From Longimicrobiales bacterium (GTDB lineage: Bacteria; Gemmatimonadota; Gemmatimonadetes; Longimicrobiales; Gaopeijiaceae): DNA of 64,000 bases. A model generated the notes under the pieces. The model did not search any database. It saw only the letters and a program-made list of their open reading frames with translations, and was not told where the DNA came from. Position numbers and translations under genes: made by a program. Positions 1-10,781 of the stretch are shown piece after piece. The DNA is taken from assembly GCA_965238005.1 (NCBI GenBank), contig OZ250165.1, positions 3,872,001 to 3,936,000 on the forward strand, read 5' to 3'. Numbering within the stretch: position 1 is the stretch's first letter; every line of letters starts with the position of its first letter.

Positions 1-1031
1 TGGGTCCCGGGGTGAGCATGGGCGTCGTGCTCATTCTGCTGAGCGTGGACATGGGCTCCCTCCGCCAGGCGGGCCCCAAGATGCTCGGCGCGTTCGGAAT
101 CGGAGCGCTGGGCACGGCGATCGGCGCGCTGGTCGGCGGGCTCGCACTGGCGGGCATGATCGGTCCCGACACCTGGAAACTCACGGGACAGTTCACGGGG
201 ACGTACACCGGCGGCGGCCTCAACTTCGCGGCTCTGGCACAGGCGTTCGACACCCCTAGCGATCTCTTCACGGCGGCGGTGGCAGCCGACGTCATCGTTA
301 CGGCCGTATGGATGATGATATGCCTGGTGGTGCCGCTGCTGTTCTCCAGGGGCGCAGCCAGGTCTCAGGCGACGGCCGGGGCGGATGACTCGGCCGAGGG
401 CGGCGCGGACGGCTCCATGACCGAGAGCGAATCGGGTGCCTCCTCGGCGTCGGGCGACGCCGCCGGATCGCCCTCGCTCGCGCACTCTCTCTACAACTCT
501 GGCAAACCGGTGCCCATCGCCGACACCGCCGCCCTCGTCGTCATCGCCGTGGGTGGGGTGTGGCTGGCCGGAGTCATCGCGGACCGGGTTCCGGTCCTGC
601 CGGAAATCCTTTGGCTCACCACGCTGGCTTTGATCGTCGCTCAGATCCCCGCCGTGAAGTCCCTGTCGGGGGGTGCCATGTGGGGTAACTACCTGATCCT
701 TCTCTTCCTGGCGAGCAATGGCGCGCAGTCGGTGGTGGCCAACATCGTGGAGGTCGGTCCGGCCGTCTTCTACTTCGCCCTCATAACGGTGTCGATCCAC
801 GGGCTCGTCATCTTCGGACTCGGAAGGGCCGCCGGCATCGACGCCCCCACGCTCGCGGTGGCCTCCCAGGCGAACGTCGGGGGCCCCGCGTCGGCCATGG
901 CCCTCGCCAGCGCGAGAGGATACACGGATCGCCTGCTCTCGGGAGTCGCGGTGGGCCTGCTCGGATACGCGGCAGGCAACTACGCGGGCTTCGCGGTGGC
1001 AGCGCTGGCGAGGGTGCTCCTCGGCGTCTAG
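1..1031 (+). CDS. DUF819-family multi-pass membrane protein (5' end outside window)
   Basis: Hydrophobic ORF with GTYTGGGLNFAAL and VASQANVGGPASAMALA motifs. Confidence 0.8.
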   Translation, partial: GPGVSMGVVLILLSVDMGSLRQAGPKMLGAFGIGALGTAIGALVGGLALAGMIGPDTWKLTGQFTGTYTGGGLNFAALAQAFDTPSDLFTAAVAADVIVTAVWMMICLVVPLLFSRGAARSQATAGADDSAEGGADGSMTESESGASSASGDAAGSPSLAHSLYNSGKPVPIADTAALVVIAVGGVWLAGVIADRVPVLPEILWLTTLALIVAQIPAVKSLSGGAMWGNYLILLFLASNGAQSVVANIVEVGPAVFYFALITVSIHGLVIFGLGRAAGIDAPTLAVASQANVGGPASAMALASARGYTDRLLSGVAVGLLGYAAGNYAGFAVAALARVLLGV

Positions 1032-1044
1032 TCCCGCCGGAGCC

Positions 1045-2076
1045 CTAGTAGAGCGTTTCGGTGTCCAGCACGTTCAGGAGCGGCTCACCCGCCAGATATC
1101 GTCTGAGGTTCTCGCAGAACAGATCGGTGATCCTGCCGTTCTCGCGATCGCTGGTGCTGGCCGAGTGTGGGCTCACGATAACGTTGGGCGTATCCCAGAG
1201 CGGGGAGTGGGTGGGGAGGGGCTCCTCCGCGAAGACGTCGAGCGCCGCCCCCACCAGATGTCCCGCCCCCAGGGCATCGATGAGCGCAGCCTCGTGGAGG
1301 AGTGCGCCGCGGGACACGTTGACCACCACGGCGCCCGGGGCCAGTAGACCCAGCTCAATCTCGCCAATCAGCCCTTCGGTCACGGGCGTGTGGGGCGCTG
1401 CCAACACCATGTGCTCCGCTCCCTCTAGGGCCGTATGTAGATCCTCGAACCCGAACAGGGCGTCCAAGCCCAGTTCGTCGGGATCGATTCCGGTGACGGT
1501 CCGTTTGACGCCGACGGTCCGCATGCCGAAAGCGCGGCCTATCCTGGCCACCGCCGTACCGATGGATCCCATGCCAACGACCACGAGGCTGCGGCCTTCC
1601 AGGTCGGTGCCGGCGTAGCGCTCCCAGCGGTGCCTGACCTGGTCGTCGAGGGTCACGAGAAGACGCTTCCGGAACGCCAGCATGGCCATGAGGCTGAACT
1701 CCGCCAGCGGGATCGCGTGGACGCCGCTCGCGGTGGTGAAGACCGTGTCCGGCATGCGCTCCGCGTAGCCCCGGCGATGGACGAGCTGCCCGATGCCGGC
1801 GCTCGTGGCCTGGATCCAACGCACACCCGGAGCGCACTCGGGCAGATCCTCGAAGTGCGTGCGATCGAAATCGAAGAGCACCTCGGCGCTCGCCAGATGC
1901 GAGAGCCAGGTCTCCTCGTCCGCCTCGGACCGCTGGAACGGCGCGCCCGTGTGGTCGGCAGCGTACCGGGGACTGGCGACGAGAGCGGGCTCATAGACCA
2001 CCTCGATCCGGGGGTCCACTTCCCGGATGCGCTCTACGTGATGAGGCTCGAGGTAGCTGGCGATGACGAGGCGCAT
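1045..2076 (-). CDS. D-2-hydroxyacid dehydrogenase family protein
   Basis: VVGMGSIG Rossmann motif, VNVSRG, AALDVF..EP, IVSPHSA. Confidence 0.9.
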   Translation of the reverse strand: MRLVIASYLEPHHVERIREVDPRIEVVYEPALVASPRYAADHTGAPFQRSEADEETWLSHLASAEVLFDFDRTHFEDLPECAPGVRWIQATSAGIGQLVHRRGYAERMPDTVFTTASGVHAIPLAEFSLMAMLAFRKRLLVTLDDQVRHRWERYAGTDLEGRSLVVVGMGSIGTAVARIGRAFGMRTVGVKRTVTGIDPDELGLDALFGFEDLHTALEGAEHMVLAAPHTPVTEGLIGEIELGLLAPGAVVVNVSRGALLHEAALIDALGAGHLVGAALDVFAEEPLPTHSPLWDTPNVIVSPHSASTSDRENGRITDLFCENLRRYLAGEPLLNVLDTETLY

Positions 2077-2105
2077 GGAATCTCCCGAAAGGTGGCCGCC
2101 GGGAA

Positions 2106-2918
2106 CTATGTAGTCTCGCCCGACATGAGTCGCGCAAGGGCGTCCACCGTGAGGTTGTCCCGGCTTCCCTTCGCGATCACGCGGCCACGGCGGAGCACCA
2201 CGAACCGATCTCCGATGGGGTGCGCGTGTTGAGGGTTATGGGTGACAAGGATCACGGCGACGCCGCGCTCGGCGGCGCGTCGGACTTTGTCGAGCACCAG
2301 ATCGGACTGGCGGATCCCCAGCGCCGCCGTGGGCTCGTCGAGGAGCAGGACCCGCGCCCCGAAGTGGAGCGCCCGGGCGATGGCCACGGCCTGCCGCTCT
2401 CCGCCCGAGAGGCTCCCTACCGGCTGGTCCGCATCCCTCAGCTCGATGCCCATTGCACTCAGCTCGCTCACAGCTTCCCTTCGGCATCTTTGCACGTCGA
2501 TACGACGCAGCGGCCCCCAGCCCAGGACTGGCTCGGAGCCGAGATAGAAATTTCGCCACACGCTCATCAGCGGAATCACCGCGAGATCCTGATAGACGGT
2601 GGCGATGCCCGCGGCCAGGGCCTCGCGTGGAGAGGACAACCGGACGGGCTCTCCGTCAACGAGGTAGGCGCCCGTCGTCGGGGTGTGCACGCCCGCGAGC
2701 ACCTTGATGACGGTGGATTTTCCCGCGCCGTTGTCACCGAGCAGACAGGTTACTTCTCCGGAACGCGCGGCGAACGACGCCTCCTCGAGGGCCACTACGC
2801 GGCCGAAGCGTTTCGCTATTCCCCTGACCTCGAGGATCGGAGCATCCGGATCGGTCCCGCCCTCGCCGCCCCGGGTCTCCAGCCCGGAGCTGCCCTGAGG
2901 CACCACGTCGTCGCTCAT
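2106..2918 (-). CDS. Sugar ABC transporter ATP-binding protein
   Basis: Walker [16 protein letters not shown] signature, [10 protein letters not shown] at 2918 overlaps permease stop. Confidence 0.9.
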   Translation of the reverse strand: MSDDVVPQGSSGLETRGGEGGTDPDAPILEVRGIAKRFGRVVALEEASFAARSGEVTCLLGDNGAGKSTVIKVLAGVHTPTTGAYLVDGEPVRLSSPREALAAGIATVYQDLAVIPLMSVWRNFYLGSEPVLGWGPLRRIDVQRCRREAVSELSAMGIELRDADQPVGSLSGGERQAVAIARALHFGARVLLLDEPTAALGIRQSDLVLDKVRRAAERGVAVILVTHNPQHAHPIGDRFVVLRRGRVIAKGSRDNLTVDALARLMSGETT

Positions 2919-3886
2919 GCCGCCCTTCGTGCCCGACGCAAAGTGTAGGTGTTCACGACCACGGCCACGAGGAGCATTCCGCCCAGGACGACCTGGAACC
3001 AGTCGGCGTCCACACCCGCCATGACGATGCCCTGGCGGACCATCCCGAAGATGAGGGCGCCGAACGCGGCCCCGATGACGGAGCCGTATCCACCCGTGAG
3101 CAACGTTCCACCGATGACCACGGCGATGATCGCGTAGAACTCCTGGAGCTGTCCCCGAAGGGCATCGGCCCCGGTGAAACGCACGGCCTGGAGGATCGCG
3201 ACCAAACCGGCGCACAGCGCCGTCGTCATGAACAGGCCGATCTTCACCCGGGCGACAGGCACACCGACGTTACGCGCCGCCTCCGCCTTGCCGCCGGCAC
3301 CGAAGATCCAATTCCCGTAGGGAGAGCGCAGCAGAACCCATGTAGCGAGTGCCGCGGCCCCGATCCACCACAGGATCGACACACGGAAGCCGGCCACCGG
3401 ATCGGAACCGAAGAGAATTCGGGCCGACTCGTATCCCGGGACGTCGTCCAGCCGCCCGAGCTGCGTGCGGCGAGTCAGGCCGCGAGCGGAGGCGATGGTG
3501 AGGCCACGCACGATGAACAGGGTGGCCAGCGTCACGATGAAGGAGGGGAGCCCGGTGCGGACGACCGCATACCCGTTCAGGAAGCCGATGAGCAGGCAGA
3601 GCGCCAATGTGGCGGCGATGGCCGGCCACACGGACCACCCAAAGTGGGTGGTGAGAAGCATGATCGACATGCCCGCAGCTCCCACAGTTGACCCAATCGA
3701 TAGATCGAACTCCCCACCGATCATTAAGAGCGCCACCCCGACCGATAGAATCCCGAGGGGGGCCGCAGCATTCAGATACGCCGCGGCTCCGTCGAGACTG
3801 CGGAAGGGCGCGCCCGCCGAAACCGCAAAGAGGACCCAGACGAAAACGACTCCCGTGGCCGCGGCCCACTCGGGCCGCGCCATCAA
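2915..3886 (-). CDS. Sugar ABC transporter permease (RbsC type)
   Basis: [33 protein letters not shown] motifs. Confidence 0.9.
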   Translation of the reverse strand: MMARPEWAAATGVVFVWVLFAVSAGAPFRSLDGAAAYLNAAAPLGILSVGVALLMIGGEFDLSIGSTVGAAGMSIMLLTTHFGWSVWPAIAATLALCLLIGFLNGYAVVRTGLPSFIVTLATLFIVRGLTIASARGLTRRTQLGRLDDVPGYESARILFGSDPVAGFRVSILWWIGAAALATWVLLRSPYGNWIFGAGGKAEAARNVGVPVARVKIGLFMTTALCAGLVAILQAVRFTGADALRGQLQEFYAIIAVVIGGTLLTGGYGSVIGAAFGALIFGMVRQGIVMAGVDADWFQVVLGGMLLVAVVVNTYTLRRARRAA

Positions 3887-3891
3887 GCGGC

Positions 3892-4926
3892 TCAGCGGAG
3901 CCCCCGCTCCGAGAGGCTCATGACGCTCTCGGCGGTCTCCGCTGTGACGAAGCTGGGACCGGTGGGAATCGGGCGCCCACCTCCTGGCACAGTCCCGGTC
4001 TCCAGGTACTTGGTGAGCAACACGATGGGAAGGTATCCCTGCAAGTACTGCTGTTGATCGATGGCGAAGAGCATGTCGCCGTCGCGCACCGCATCCAGGA
4101 CCGTCGGGGACAGGTCGAAGGTGCCGAGGGGGAGGGCGCCTGCCCCGCCGATCTCCTCCAGGGCGCGGAGAGCGGGCTCGGCCCCGGTGGTCCCCAGCGT
4201 GAGGATGCCATCGATGGACGGATCCGCGACGAGTGCCCCGCGGATGCGCTGCTGCGTGTCTTCGGGATCGGCAAGGTCGACCGCTAGAACCGAGACGGAG
4301 CCTCCAGCCTCGGCCATCGCATCGATGAGCCCCTGGCAGCGTAGGTCCAGGGAGACGTTCCCCACCTCCTGGTTCACGCAGAGGGCCCTGCGGACACCGG
4401 TCGCCACGAGGCGCTCGCCGCCCTGATAGCCACCGTCGTACTCGGCCTGCCCGACGTGCGTGAGCACTCCGAGGGCCTGGTAGGAGTGATCCCCCGAGTT
4501 GATGGAGATCACCGGGATGCCCGCGGCCACCGCCGCACGTATGGACGGGCCAAGAGCGTCTTCGTCAGGGATGGACACCACGAGGCCGTCAGGCCGCGAG
4601 GCCACGGCCGCATCGATGAGCTGGCTCATGGCAACCATGTCGAACGTGACGACCGCCTGATAGTCGACATGAACGCCCAACTCCTCGGCAGCGTCCCCTA
4701 CCCCATTGGTGACCACGGACCAGAACGGGTTCGCGGCCACGCCGTGCGTCACGACCACGAATCGGAGATCGGCCCGATCAGGTCGGGCGGGGTCGACATC
4801 TGCCCGTGAGCGATCGGCATCACCGCCGGATCGGGTGCAGCCGATGACGAGTACGCAGAGCGTCAGGATCGAGCAGCCGAGCCGCCCCGTTCGGGGTCGG
4901 TCTCGACCCTCGAGGGTGCTTTTCAT
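3892..4926 (-). CDS. Sugar ABC transporter substrate-binding lipoprotein
   Basis: Lipobox-like VIGC; NPFWSVV and [11 protein letters not shown] motifs; operon context. Confidence 0.9.
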   Translation of the reverse strand: MKSTLEGRDRPRTGRLGCSILTLCVLVIGCTRSGGDADRSRADVDPARPDRADLRFVVVTHGVAANPFWSVVTNGVGDAAEELGVHVDYQAVVTFDMVAMSQLIDAAVASRPDGLVVSIPDEDALGPSIRAAVAAGIPVISINSGDHSYQALGVLTHVGQAEYDGGYQGGERLVATGVRRALCVNQEVGNVSLDLRCQGLIDAMAEAGGSVSVLAVDLADPEDTQQRIRGALVADPSIDGILTLGTTGAEPALRALEEIGGAGALPLGTFDLSPTVLDAVRDGDMLFAIDQQQYLQGYLPIVLLTKYLETGTVPGGGRPIPTGPSFVTAETAESVMSLSERGLR

Positions 4927-5055
4927 GGGCTGAAGAATGCGCGCTCACGGTCTGGAGACCAAGTCCCGTGAGGCCTCGTCCCGGGGGCTCCTGGTACAGG
5001 CGCCCGGTACCGGACCCGGAGGCGAGGGGCGCCGGGCGGACTGGACGGCCGGGTG

Positions 5056-5409
5056 TCAGGCCGGCAGACCGCCCCCTGCGAGTCGATCCGTCTTGGCCGC
5101 CGCGATGAAGTCGTTCTGGTGGAGACCGCCTATCTTGTGCGTCCACCAAGTGATCCTCACGATCCCCCATTCGGTCAGCAACGCCGGGTGATGCCCCTCG
5201 GCCTCCGCAAGCTCTCCCACCTTGTTGGTGAACGCGAGGGCCTCGGCGAAGTCGGGAAACGTGAACGTTCTCTCGAGGCGCTGGATCTCTTCCCGCTCGA
5301 CGATGCTCCAGTCGGGGATCTGGACGCGAAGCCTTTGTGTCTCCTCGGCTGTGACTCTAGGAGCATCGCGGCGACACGCTTCACACTTCATCTGAACGAG
5401 CTCACCCAC
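5056..5409 (-). CDS. phhB: Pterin-4-alpha-carbinolamine dehydratase
   Basis: [29 protein letters not shown]. Confidence 0.9.
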   Translation of the reverse strand: MGELVQMKCEACRRDAPRVTAEETQRLRVQIPDWSIVEREEIQRLERTFTFPDFAEALAFTNKVGELAEAEGHHPALLTEWGIVRITWWTHKIGGLHQNDFIAAAKTDRLAGGGLPA

Positions 5410-5635
5410 TTGCTTGCACCTCTGTCTATCTGTTCAACCCCGAAGATATCGTCCTGGTTTCATGGTTTCGAGGGGAAGATCGTCCGGGTTCCTCATGGCG
5501 ACTCGGTCGCGTCGTGCGTCATTGAGCCGGGTCGGGACGAGGATTCTTCGCATCGATTGCAGGACCGTTGCCGGGGGCATACGATGGGATTGGCCGTTGT
5601 GGCACCCCGCTCACCGGATTGGAAGGAGGTGGCTC

Positions 5636-6616
5636 ATGACGCACCAGACGTCCCTTGCAGCTTTGCTTTGCCTTCTGCTTGGCTGCTCGTCCAGCGACGA
5701 CGCTGCGGGCCCCAACGACGATGACTTCGGCGAGGAAGGCTGCACGTCCGGCTGTGGGAGCTGGAGCGATGCCGCGCCCATGCCGACGGCCCGCTGGGGG
5801 GTGGGAGCCGCATCCCTCGGTGGACTTCTCTACGTCGTTGGGGGAAGGCCCCCCCTCGTCGATGACACTGTAGACGCCGGCTTGACTACACTCGAAGTCT
5901 ACGATCCCCTGACGAACAGCTGGTCCCCGGGCGCGGACTTGCCCGAAGGCCTGAACGAACCGGCTGTGGCCGTTCTCGACGGGAAGCTGTTCGTGATCGG
6001 CGGGTGCTGTGGTCCTTCTACCGCGAACTTCCAGTATGACCCGGTGACCGATCAATGGGCAGCGCGAGCCTCGGCACCCCGCGCACGGCACGGGGCAGCG
6101 GCCGGCACCCTCGGCGGGAAGATCTACGTCGTCGGAGGCCAAACGGGCAGCAACGCCGAATCCTGGGTCGATGTGTACGACCCTGCGACAAACGCTTGGA
6201 CCGCCGCGGCCGCCGATCTCATTGTTCCCCGGGCCGACGTATCGGTTGCAGTGGTAGACGGCCTGCTATACGCCATTGGCGGCGCGGTGCCGGAAGGCGG
6301 CGTGCAAGATCTGGAGCGATACGATCCAGACCTCGATCAGTGGTCCCTGCGAGGTAGGATGCAATTCCTCAGAGGCATAGTGGCGGCCGGCGTCATCGAT
6401 GGGCACATCTATGCCGCGGGGCCTGGGGAGGGTGAGGGCGCGGCCACCGCAGTGTACGATCCTTCAGTCGATGTCTGGACCCGCCTAGCCGATCCACCGA
6501 GCTTCCGCACGGGAGCGAAAGGTGCGGCAGCAGACGGCCGGTTGTTCGTGTTTGGCGGAATTGGGTCGGACGAGGAGGTCCTCGACCGGGTCGAGGTATT
6601 CACCCCAGACGGTTGA
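5636..6616 (+). CDS. Kelch-repeat lipoprotein
   Basis: GGAGG RBS, lipobox LLGC, six kelch repeats (LYVVGG...YDP..W). Confidence 0.85.
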   Translation: MTHQTSLAALLCLLLGCSSSDDAAGPNDDDFGEEGCTSGCGSWSDAAPMPTARWGVGAASLGGLLYVVGGRPPLVDDTVDAGLTTLEVYDPLTNSWSPGADLPEGLNEPAVAVLDGKLFVIGGCCGPSTANFQYDPVTDQWAARASAPRARHGAAAGTLGGKIYVVGGQTGSNAESWVDVYDPATNAWTAAAADLIVPRADVSVAVVDGLLYAIGGAVPEGGVQDLERYDPDLDQWSLRGRMQFLRGIVAAGVIDGHIYAAGPGEGEGAATAVYDPSVDVWTRLADPPSFRTGAKGAAADGRLFVFGGIGSDEEVLDRVEVFTPDG

Positions 6617-6660
6617 AGACCCCAGGCTCGCACCCCCTCTCATGAACCGAAGGGCGTGAT

Positions 6661-9600
6661 TCACGCTCCGGAGACCACATCCGTCGCCACCCGCACGAGC
6701 CCCGGATTCTCCCGGCGCTCCTCCTCGAACATGTTCCGGACGCAGACGGCGAAGTGCTGGCCTCCGGGAGCGGTCCCTGTGACCGCGAGTGGGATACGGA
6801 TCTCGTCCCGCCCCTCGAAGTCCACGCTGAATCGCTTCACGAGCCCGCCGCCTCGCATCCAGGAGAGGCAAGCCGGCAGGTCGACGTGGACGAGGTCTCC
6901 GACCCGGTACCCGTCCTCGAGTCCGACCACCAGGTCGACCCGCCGCCCAGGCTGAAGGAGGCTCGGTCGCCGATCTCCGTTCTCCCGGAGACCCACCCGG
7001 ACCTCGAATCCAGCTCCGTACTCCTCCCAATCCTCCTCCCGAATGGCCAGCGCCTGCACGGCGACGGTGCCTTCGATGGACTCGACCGACTCCACACGAT
7101 CTCCGAGCTCGATCGCTTCGCTGAGGTCCATCTCCTCACCGTTCACCCGCACGCGCGCCTTGCTTGAGATCACGGACCGGATGCGCAGCTGGATCAGAAG
7201 GGCGATGGCCCCCACGGAGTCGACCGTCGAATAGAGGGCCCCGTTCTCCCCGAACTCTCCCACGACGACGTTGGCAGCCCTCAGGCCTCGGGCCACATCC
7301 CCGGCTGCGAGGAGACCCGCGGCGACGTATGCGAGCCCTGCGCGACTCGCCACCGCGTGCCCACCATTCCGGAGGCGCACCTCGTTCCCAGAGAAATCCA
7401 CGAAACGGTCGATGACGGTGAGCGCGTCTGAGCGATTTCCGCCGCCTACCAGAGTAGCGTAGGCGTCGTCCAGGGTAGCCGGCTTCGACGGGATCTTCTC
7501 GATACCGTGGAACGCGCCGGCGTCGTCTGCCATCTCGCTGCCTCTCTTCACCGCGTCCCTGAGACCCGGCGAAAGGTCCGGGATCTCCGCGAGGCGATCG
7601 AGCTTCCAGAGGTACCGGGCCGCGAGTTGGCTGTAGTGATCGCTCACGTGGCCGGACTCGGGGTACATGAGGAACCCTGCTCCCGGCCGGAACATGCTCT
7701 CTTCCCGGGCGATCCCCTTGCGGATGATCCTCTCGGCCTTGGACCTCCGCCCGTCGTCTCCGGGGGAGAGATACATCGCTACTGCCGACAGGATCTTGGC
7801 GGCTGTCTGCTCGCAGCAAAGGTGAGTATATGTGGCGGTGGTCTCGACCAGGAGGTCGAACGGCCCGTCCAGCCCGGGGAGGACCCGCAAGCTCACTGCG
7901 CCTGCGTCCTCCAGGGTGATGGACTTGCCCTCCGAGAGGAGAACGAGCTCCCGAGCGTGCGACCGGAGGCGGCCGGGCTCGGAAACCACGGCTTCCATCG
8001 AGTCGATCTCGCCCGACTCCGGATCCTCGACGCGCACCTCGTATGCCCCAGGAGCGACAGCGAACGTCAGGGCGGCCGGAGCCGAGATCTCTCCCTGCAC
8101 CGTGGCGCCGTCGGCCGATCGAAGCTCGACGGAGTCCCCGTCACGAGTGAGGCTCACGAGCGCTCGCCCCGACGCCGTCGTCACACGGAGCCGGCCGGTG
8201 ACGTCGTCGCCTGCGCGCACCATGGGTGGAATCTCCAGGTCTGCGCGCACGGGCAGGTCGATGACCAGATCACGGACGACGGCCCGCCAATCACCGGCAT
8301 CGTAGGCAAAGGCCTCGATCAGGAACGTACCCGTTCCGTCGCCCGTCCACACGGGGACCTCTGCGCGGCCCTCGACCTCGACCAGGCCGACGAAGAGAAC
8401 CGGCGGGAACTCGGCACGGGGCGGAGGGGCTGCCGCGTCCAGCGGGCTCCCCGCGTCCACCGGGATTCCCACGTCTTCCGTGCCCACCACCTCGAAGGCT
8501 TCGGCGGCCACTTCCCCGAGGAGCTCGGCCATCCCCCCCGCGGTCGCCCCTGCCTCGGCCACGTAGACCTCGGAGGGCTCGGCCATCCCCAGGTCGAGGA
8601 GGACATCCTCCATCGCAAGCCTTGGAATCCCGAATGCAACGGTCGAGGGAAAGAGCTGCTCATGGAGATCCAGCGGTTCGATCCCCCACTCCGCCATCCC
8701 CTCCGTGGCGGACTCGACCCCCCGCTTCAGAGAAGCCGCGAGGCCCGACGACGGCGTGTCGGTCCGTGTCAGGCGGCGGTCGCGCACCGTGAGCAGCACC
8801 GGAACGGCTCGCTCCGCATTCGTCTCGATCTCGAGCGTCACTTCCTCTCTGGGCCGGACCGTCTCGGGCGCCGACACCTCGACCTCCAGACGGCTCGGCC
8901 GCATAAAGGTCGTGAAGCCTTCGAAGGGCTTCCCGCCGACGATGCCTGCCGCCACGACCAGCGTAAGGCCGGAGGGGTTGTCGAGAGGAATCGAATCACC
9001 GGCGACGGCGTCCCCGTGCTCGATCACGTGAGCCACGCCCCCGACGAGGTCGAACACAAGGAGATGGAGCTGAGAGGTATCCGCATGGACCTCGATCGCG
9101 GGCTCCTCGGTGAGAACCGACTCGACGGTGAGCGGAGTGGTGAGCCGATCTCCCTCGGTGAGGTGGCCGCCCCGCATGGGCATGGAAGAGGGCTCGGGAA
9201 GCAGAGAGAACATGAACTCCAGCCCGAGCTCGTTGAGCACCGTGAGCTCACGCTCGGCCTGGCGGGTCCCCGGGATGGACACGGTGGCGATCCGACCGGG
9301 ATCCGTCTCGACCCGGGCTTCGAGGCGGAAGGGCCCTTCGCCCTCCATCTTGAGGACACCTCGGTACCGACCTGGCGCTTCCGGACGCAGCACGGCCGAA
9401 TCGACCGGACGATCGTCATCGAGCAGTGAGACCTGCAGACTCTCACCGCAGGGCTGCTGCCAGCTCTCCACCGAGAGTGCGAAGGAGAGCTGCCCGGCTT
9501 CACGGTCGGCCGCATGCTCGAGCAGTCGGGCGCTCAGGGGGGCGAGTGAGAAGTCGGCCACCGTAAACTCCGCGCGAGCCCCAAGGCGGGCTCCGGCGAC

Positions 9601-10065
9601 TTCCACGTAGGCGCAGTACTGCCCCGCAAGAAGCGCGGCGAGAGGGACGAGCTCCATCCCTTGATCGAGGGCGAGTTCCCGCTCGGCGAACGGCTGACCG
9701 TCGCACTCGACCACGAGCCTGGCGTCCGCGGAGGCGGAGGGCAAAACGACCAGGAGCTGGGCCGTGTCTTCCTCGGCGCGGTAGAGGTCTCGATCCGCGA
9801 CGACCGCGGCCAGCGGCTCCGGATCCATCCTCGAGGCGGTCAGCGTTATCCCCGGTAGGTGGACGGGCCCTGTGGAAATGGGGTACACGCGAAGGCGCTC
9901 CCCCGCCTCCGCCAGCTGAAGCCTCTTCTTTCGGCCGGAGGGCCAAATGCCGCTTCCCTTAATGGGCATCTCCACGAAGAGGAAGTCCCGGCCGGCCCAG
10001 ACGTGGCCGTCGAATTTCTCTACGAGCTTCTGGTTCGTGATCTCGATTTCGATCGGGGACTTCAT
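6661..10065 (-). CDS. Alpha-2-macroglobulin-like protein with CxEQ thioester motif, no evident signal peptide
   Basis: 1134 aa; HLCCEQT motif, PETVRPREEVTLEI and RAEFP MG-like segments, helical TED-like region, C-terminal VRNMFEEE. Confidence 0.65.
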   Translation of the reverse strand: MKSPIEIEITNQKLVEKFDGHVWAGRDFLFVEMPIKGSGIWPSGRKKRLQLAEAGERLRVYPISTGPVHLPGITLTASRMDPEPLAAVVADRDLYRAEEDTAQLLVVLPSASADARLVVECDGQPFAERELALDQGMELVPLAALLAGQYCAYVEVAGARLGARAEFTVADFSLAPLSARLLEHAADREAGQLSFALSVESWQQPCGESLQVSLLDDDRPVDSAVLRPEAPGRYRGVLKMEGEGPFRLEARVETDPGRIATVSIPGTRQAERELTVLNELGLEFMFSLLPEPSSMPMRGGHLTEGDRLTTPLTVESVLTEEPAIEVHADTSQLHLLVFDLVGGVAHVIEHGDAVAGDSIPLDNPSGLTLVVAAGIVGGKPFEGFTTFMRPSRLEVEVSAPETVRPREEVTLEIETNAERAVPVLLTVRDRRLTRTDTPSSGLAASLKRGVESATEGMAEWGIEPLDLHEQLFPSTVAFGIPRLAMEDVLLDLGMAEPSEVYVAEAGATAGGMAELLGEVAAEAFEVVGTEDVGIPVDAGSPLDAAAPPPRAEFPPVLFVGLVEVEGRAEVPVWTGDGTGTFLIEAFAYDAGDWRAVVRDLVIDLPVRADLEIPPMVRAGDDVTGRLRVTTASGRALVSLTRDGDSVELRSADGATVQGEISAPAALTFAVAPGAYEVRVEDPESGEIDSMEAVVSEPGRLRSHARELVLLSEGKSITLEDAGAVSLRVLPGLDGPFDLLVETTATYTHLCCEQTAAKILSAVAMYLSPGDDGRRSKAERIIRKGIAREESMFRPGAGFLMYPESGHVSDHYSQLAARYLWKLDRLAEIPDLSPGLRDAVKRGSEMADDAGAFHGIEKIPSKPATLDDAYATLVGGGNRSDALTVIDRFVDFSGNEVRLRNGGHAVASRAGLAYVAAGLLAAGDVARGLRAANVVVGEFGENGALYSTVDSVGAIALLIQLRIRSVISSKARVRVNGEEMDLSEAIELGDRVESVESIEGTVAVQALAIREEDWEEYGAGFEVRVGLRENGDRRPSLLQPGRRVDLVVGLEDGYRVGDLVHVDLPACLSWMRGGGLVKRFSVDFEGRDEIRIPLAVTGTAPGGQHFAVCVRNMFEEERRENPGLVRVATDVVSGA

Positions 10066-10724
10066 GATATCTCTCCCTGGTCTTTGCTCTCTATTTCCTG
10101 TTCGCCTTCCTGTTCGGTTTCATGTTCGCTCCTGAGTGTCGCGGCCGCCGTCTCGAGCGCCCGAGCGAGCGCTTCCCGTGCGGCCGGGTTCGCGACCGTC
10201 TCCGGTGGGACGTCCAGACTCGCCCCGCCGGGAAGCTCGACCCGCCGGACCGTCCGCCCCGCTAGGGGCCCGCGCGCCGGGGCACTCATCGAGGCACGGG
10301 GCGCAGCTTCACCCGGCTCGGACGGCAGGGCGATACCCTCCGCCCGGCCCTCACTCGTCTGCGAGGAGTCCGAATCCTCACCGAGGAGAAGCCGGAGGAC
10401 GGCCCCATCGTCTGCACCCTCGAGCGTGCTGCTGATCCGCGTGAGCGTGTGATGCTCCGCCTGGAGCTTCTTGATGAGAAGCAGCCTCATGAGGTGGGCG
10501 CCTCCGTAGCGGGCTCGCCCTCCCTCGTAGCCGCTCGCCCGGGGCAGAAGCCCTCGGGTGACGTAGTACCGGATCGTCCGGACGTCTGGACGGTCCGTGA
10601 CCTTGTAGCGCGTTTGGCGGTCGGCGACTAAAGGCAGCAGCCGATCGGCCTCGTCCACGAGGTCGTCGATCGTCATTCCCTGGCGGGACTGAATCTCCTG
10701 AAACACGTCGCGCAGCTCGCTCAT
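10062..10724 (-). CDS. MerR-family HTH transcriptional regulator
   Basis: RTIRYYVTRGLLP...ARYGGAHLMRLLLIKKLQ; ATGA overlap with downstream gene. Confidence 0.8.
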   Translation of the reverse strand: MSELRDVFQEIQSRQGMTIDDLVDEADRLLPLVADRQTRYKVTDRPDVRTIRYYVTRGLLPRASGYEGGRARYGGAHLMRLLLIKKLQAEHHTLTRISSTLEGADDGAVLRLLLGEDSDSSQTSEGRAEGIALPSEPGEAAPRASMSAPARGPLAGRTVRRVELPGGASLDVPPETVANPAAREALARALETAAATLRSEHETEQEGEQEIESKDQGEIS

Positions 10725-10730
10725 ACTTCG

Positions 10731-10759
10731 ATTATAGTATATAGTGTTACTACTGTCAC
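10731..10759 (-). promoter_or_regulatory. Sigma70-type promoter, probably leaderless
   Basis: Minus strand GTGACA-17 nt-TATAAT, then 6 nt to the ATG at 10724; no Shine-Dalgarno. Confidence 0.7.
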
Positions 10760-10781
10760 CGGAGACCCGCTGAGGTGCCTC

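Noticed and set aside
7507..9429. Long antisense ORFs (this one and others such as 18543-20177, 21474-22988, 26980-28314, 60511-61773)
   Set aside because: Shadow frames of real high-GC genes with no recognisable motifs.
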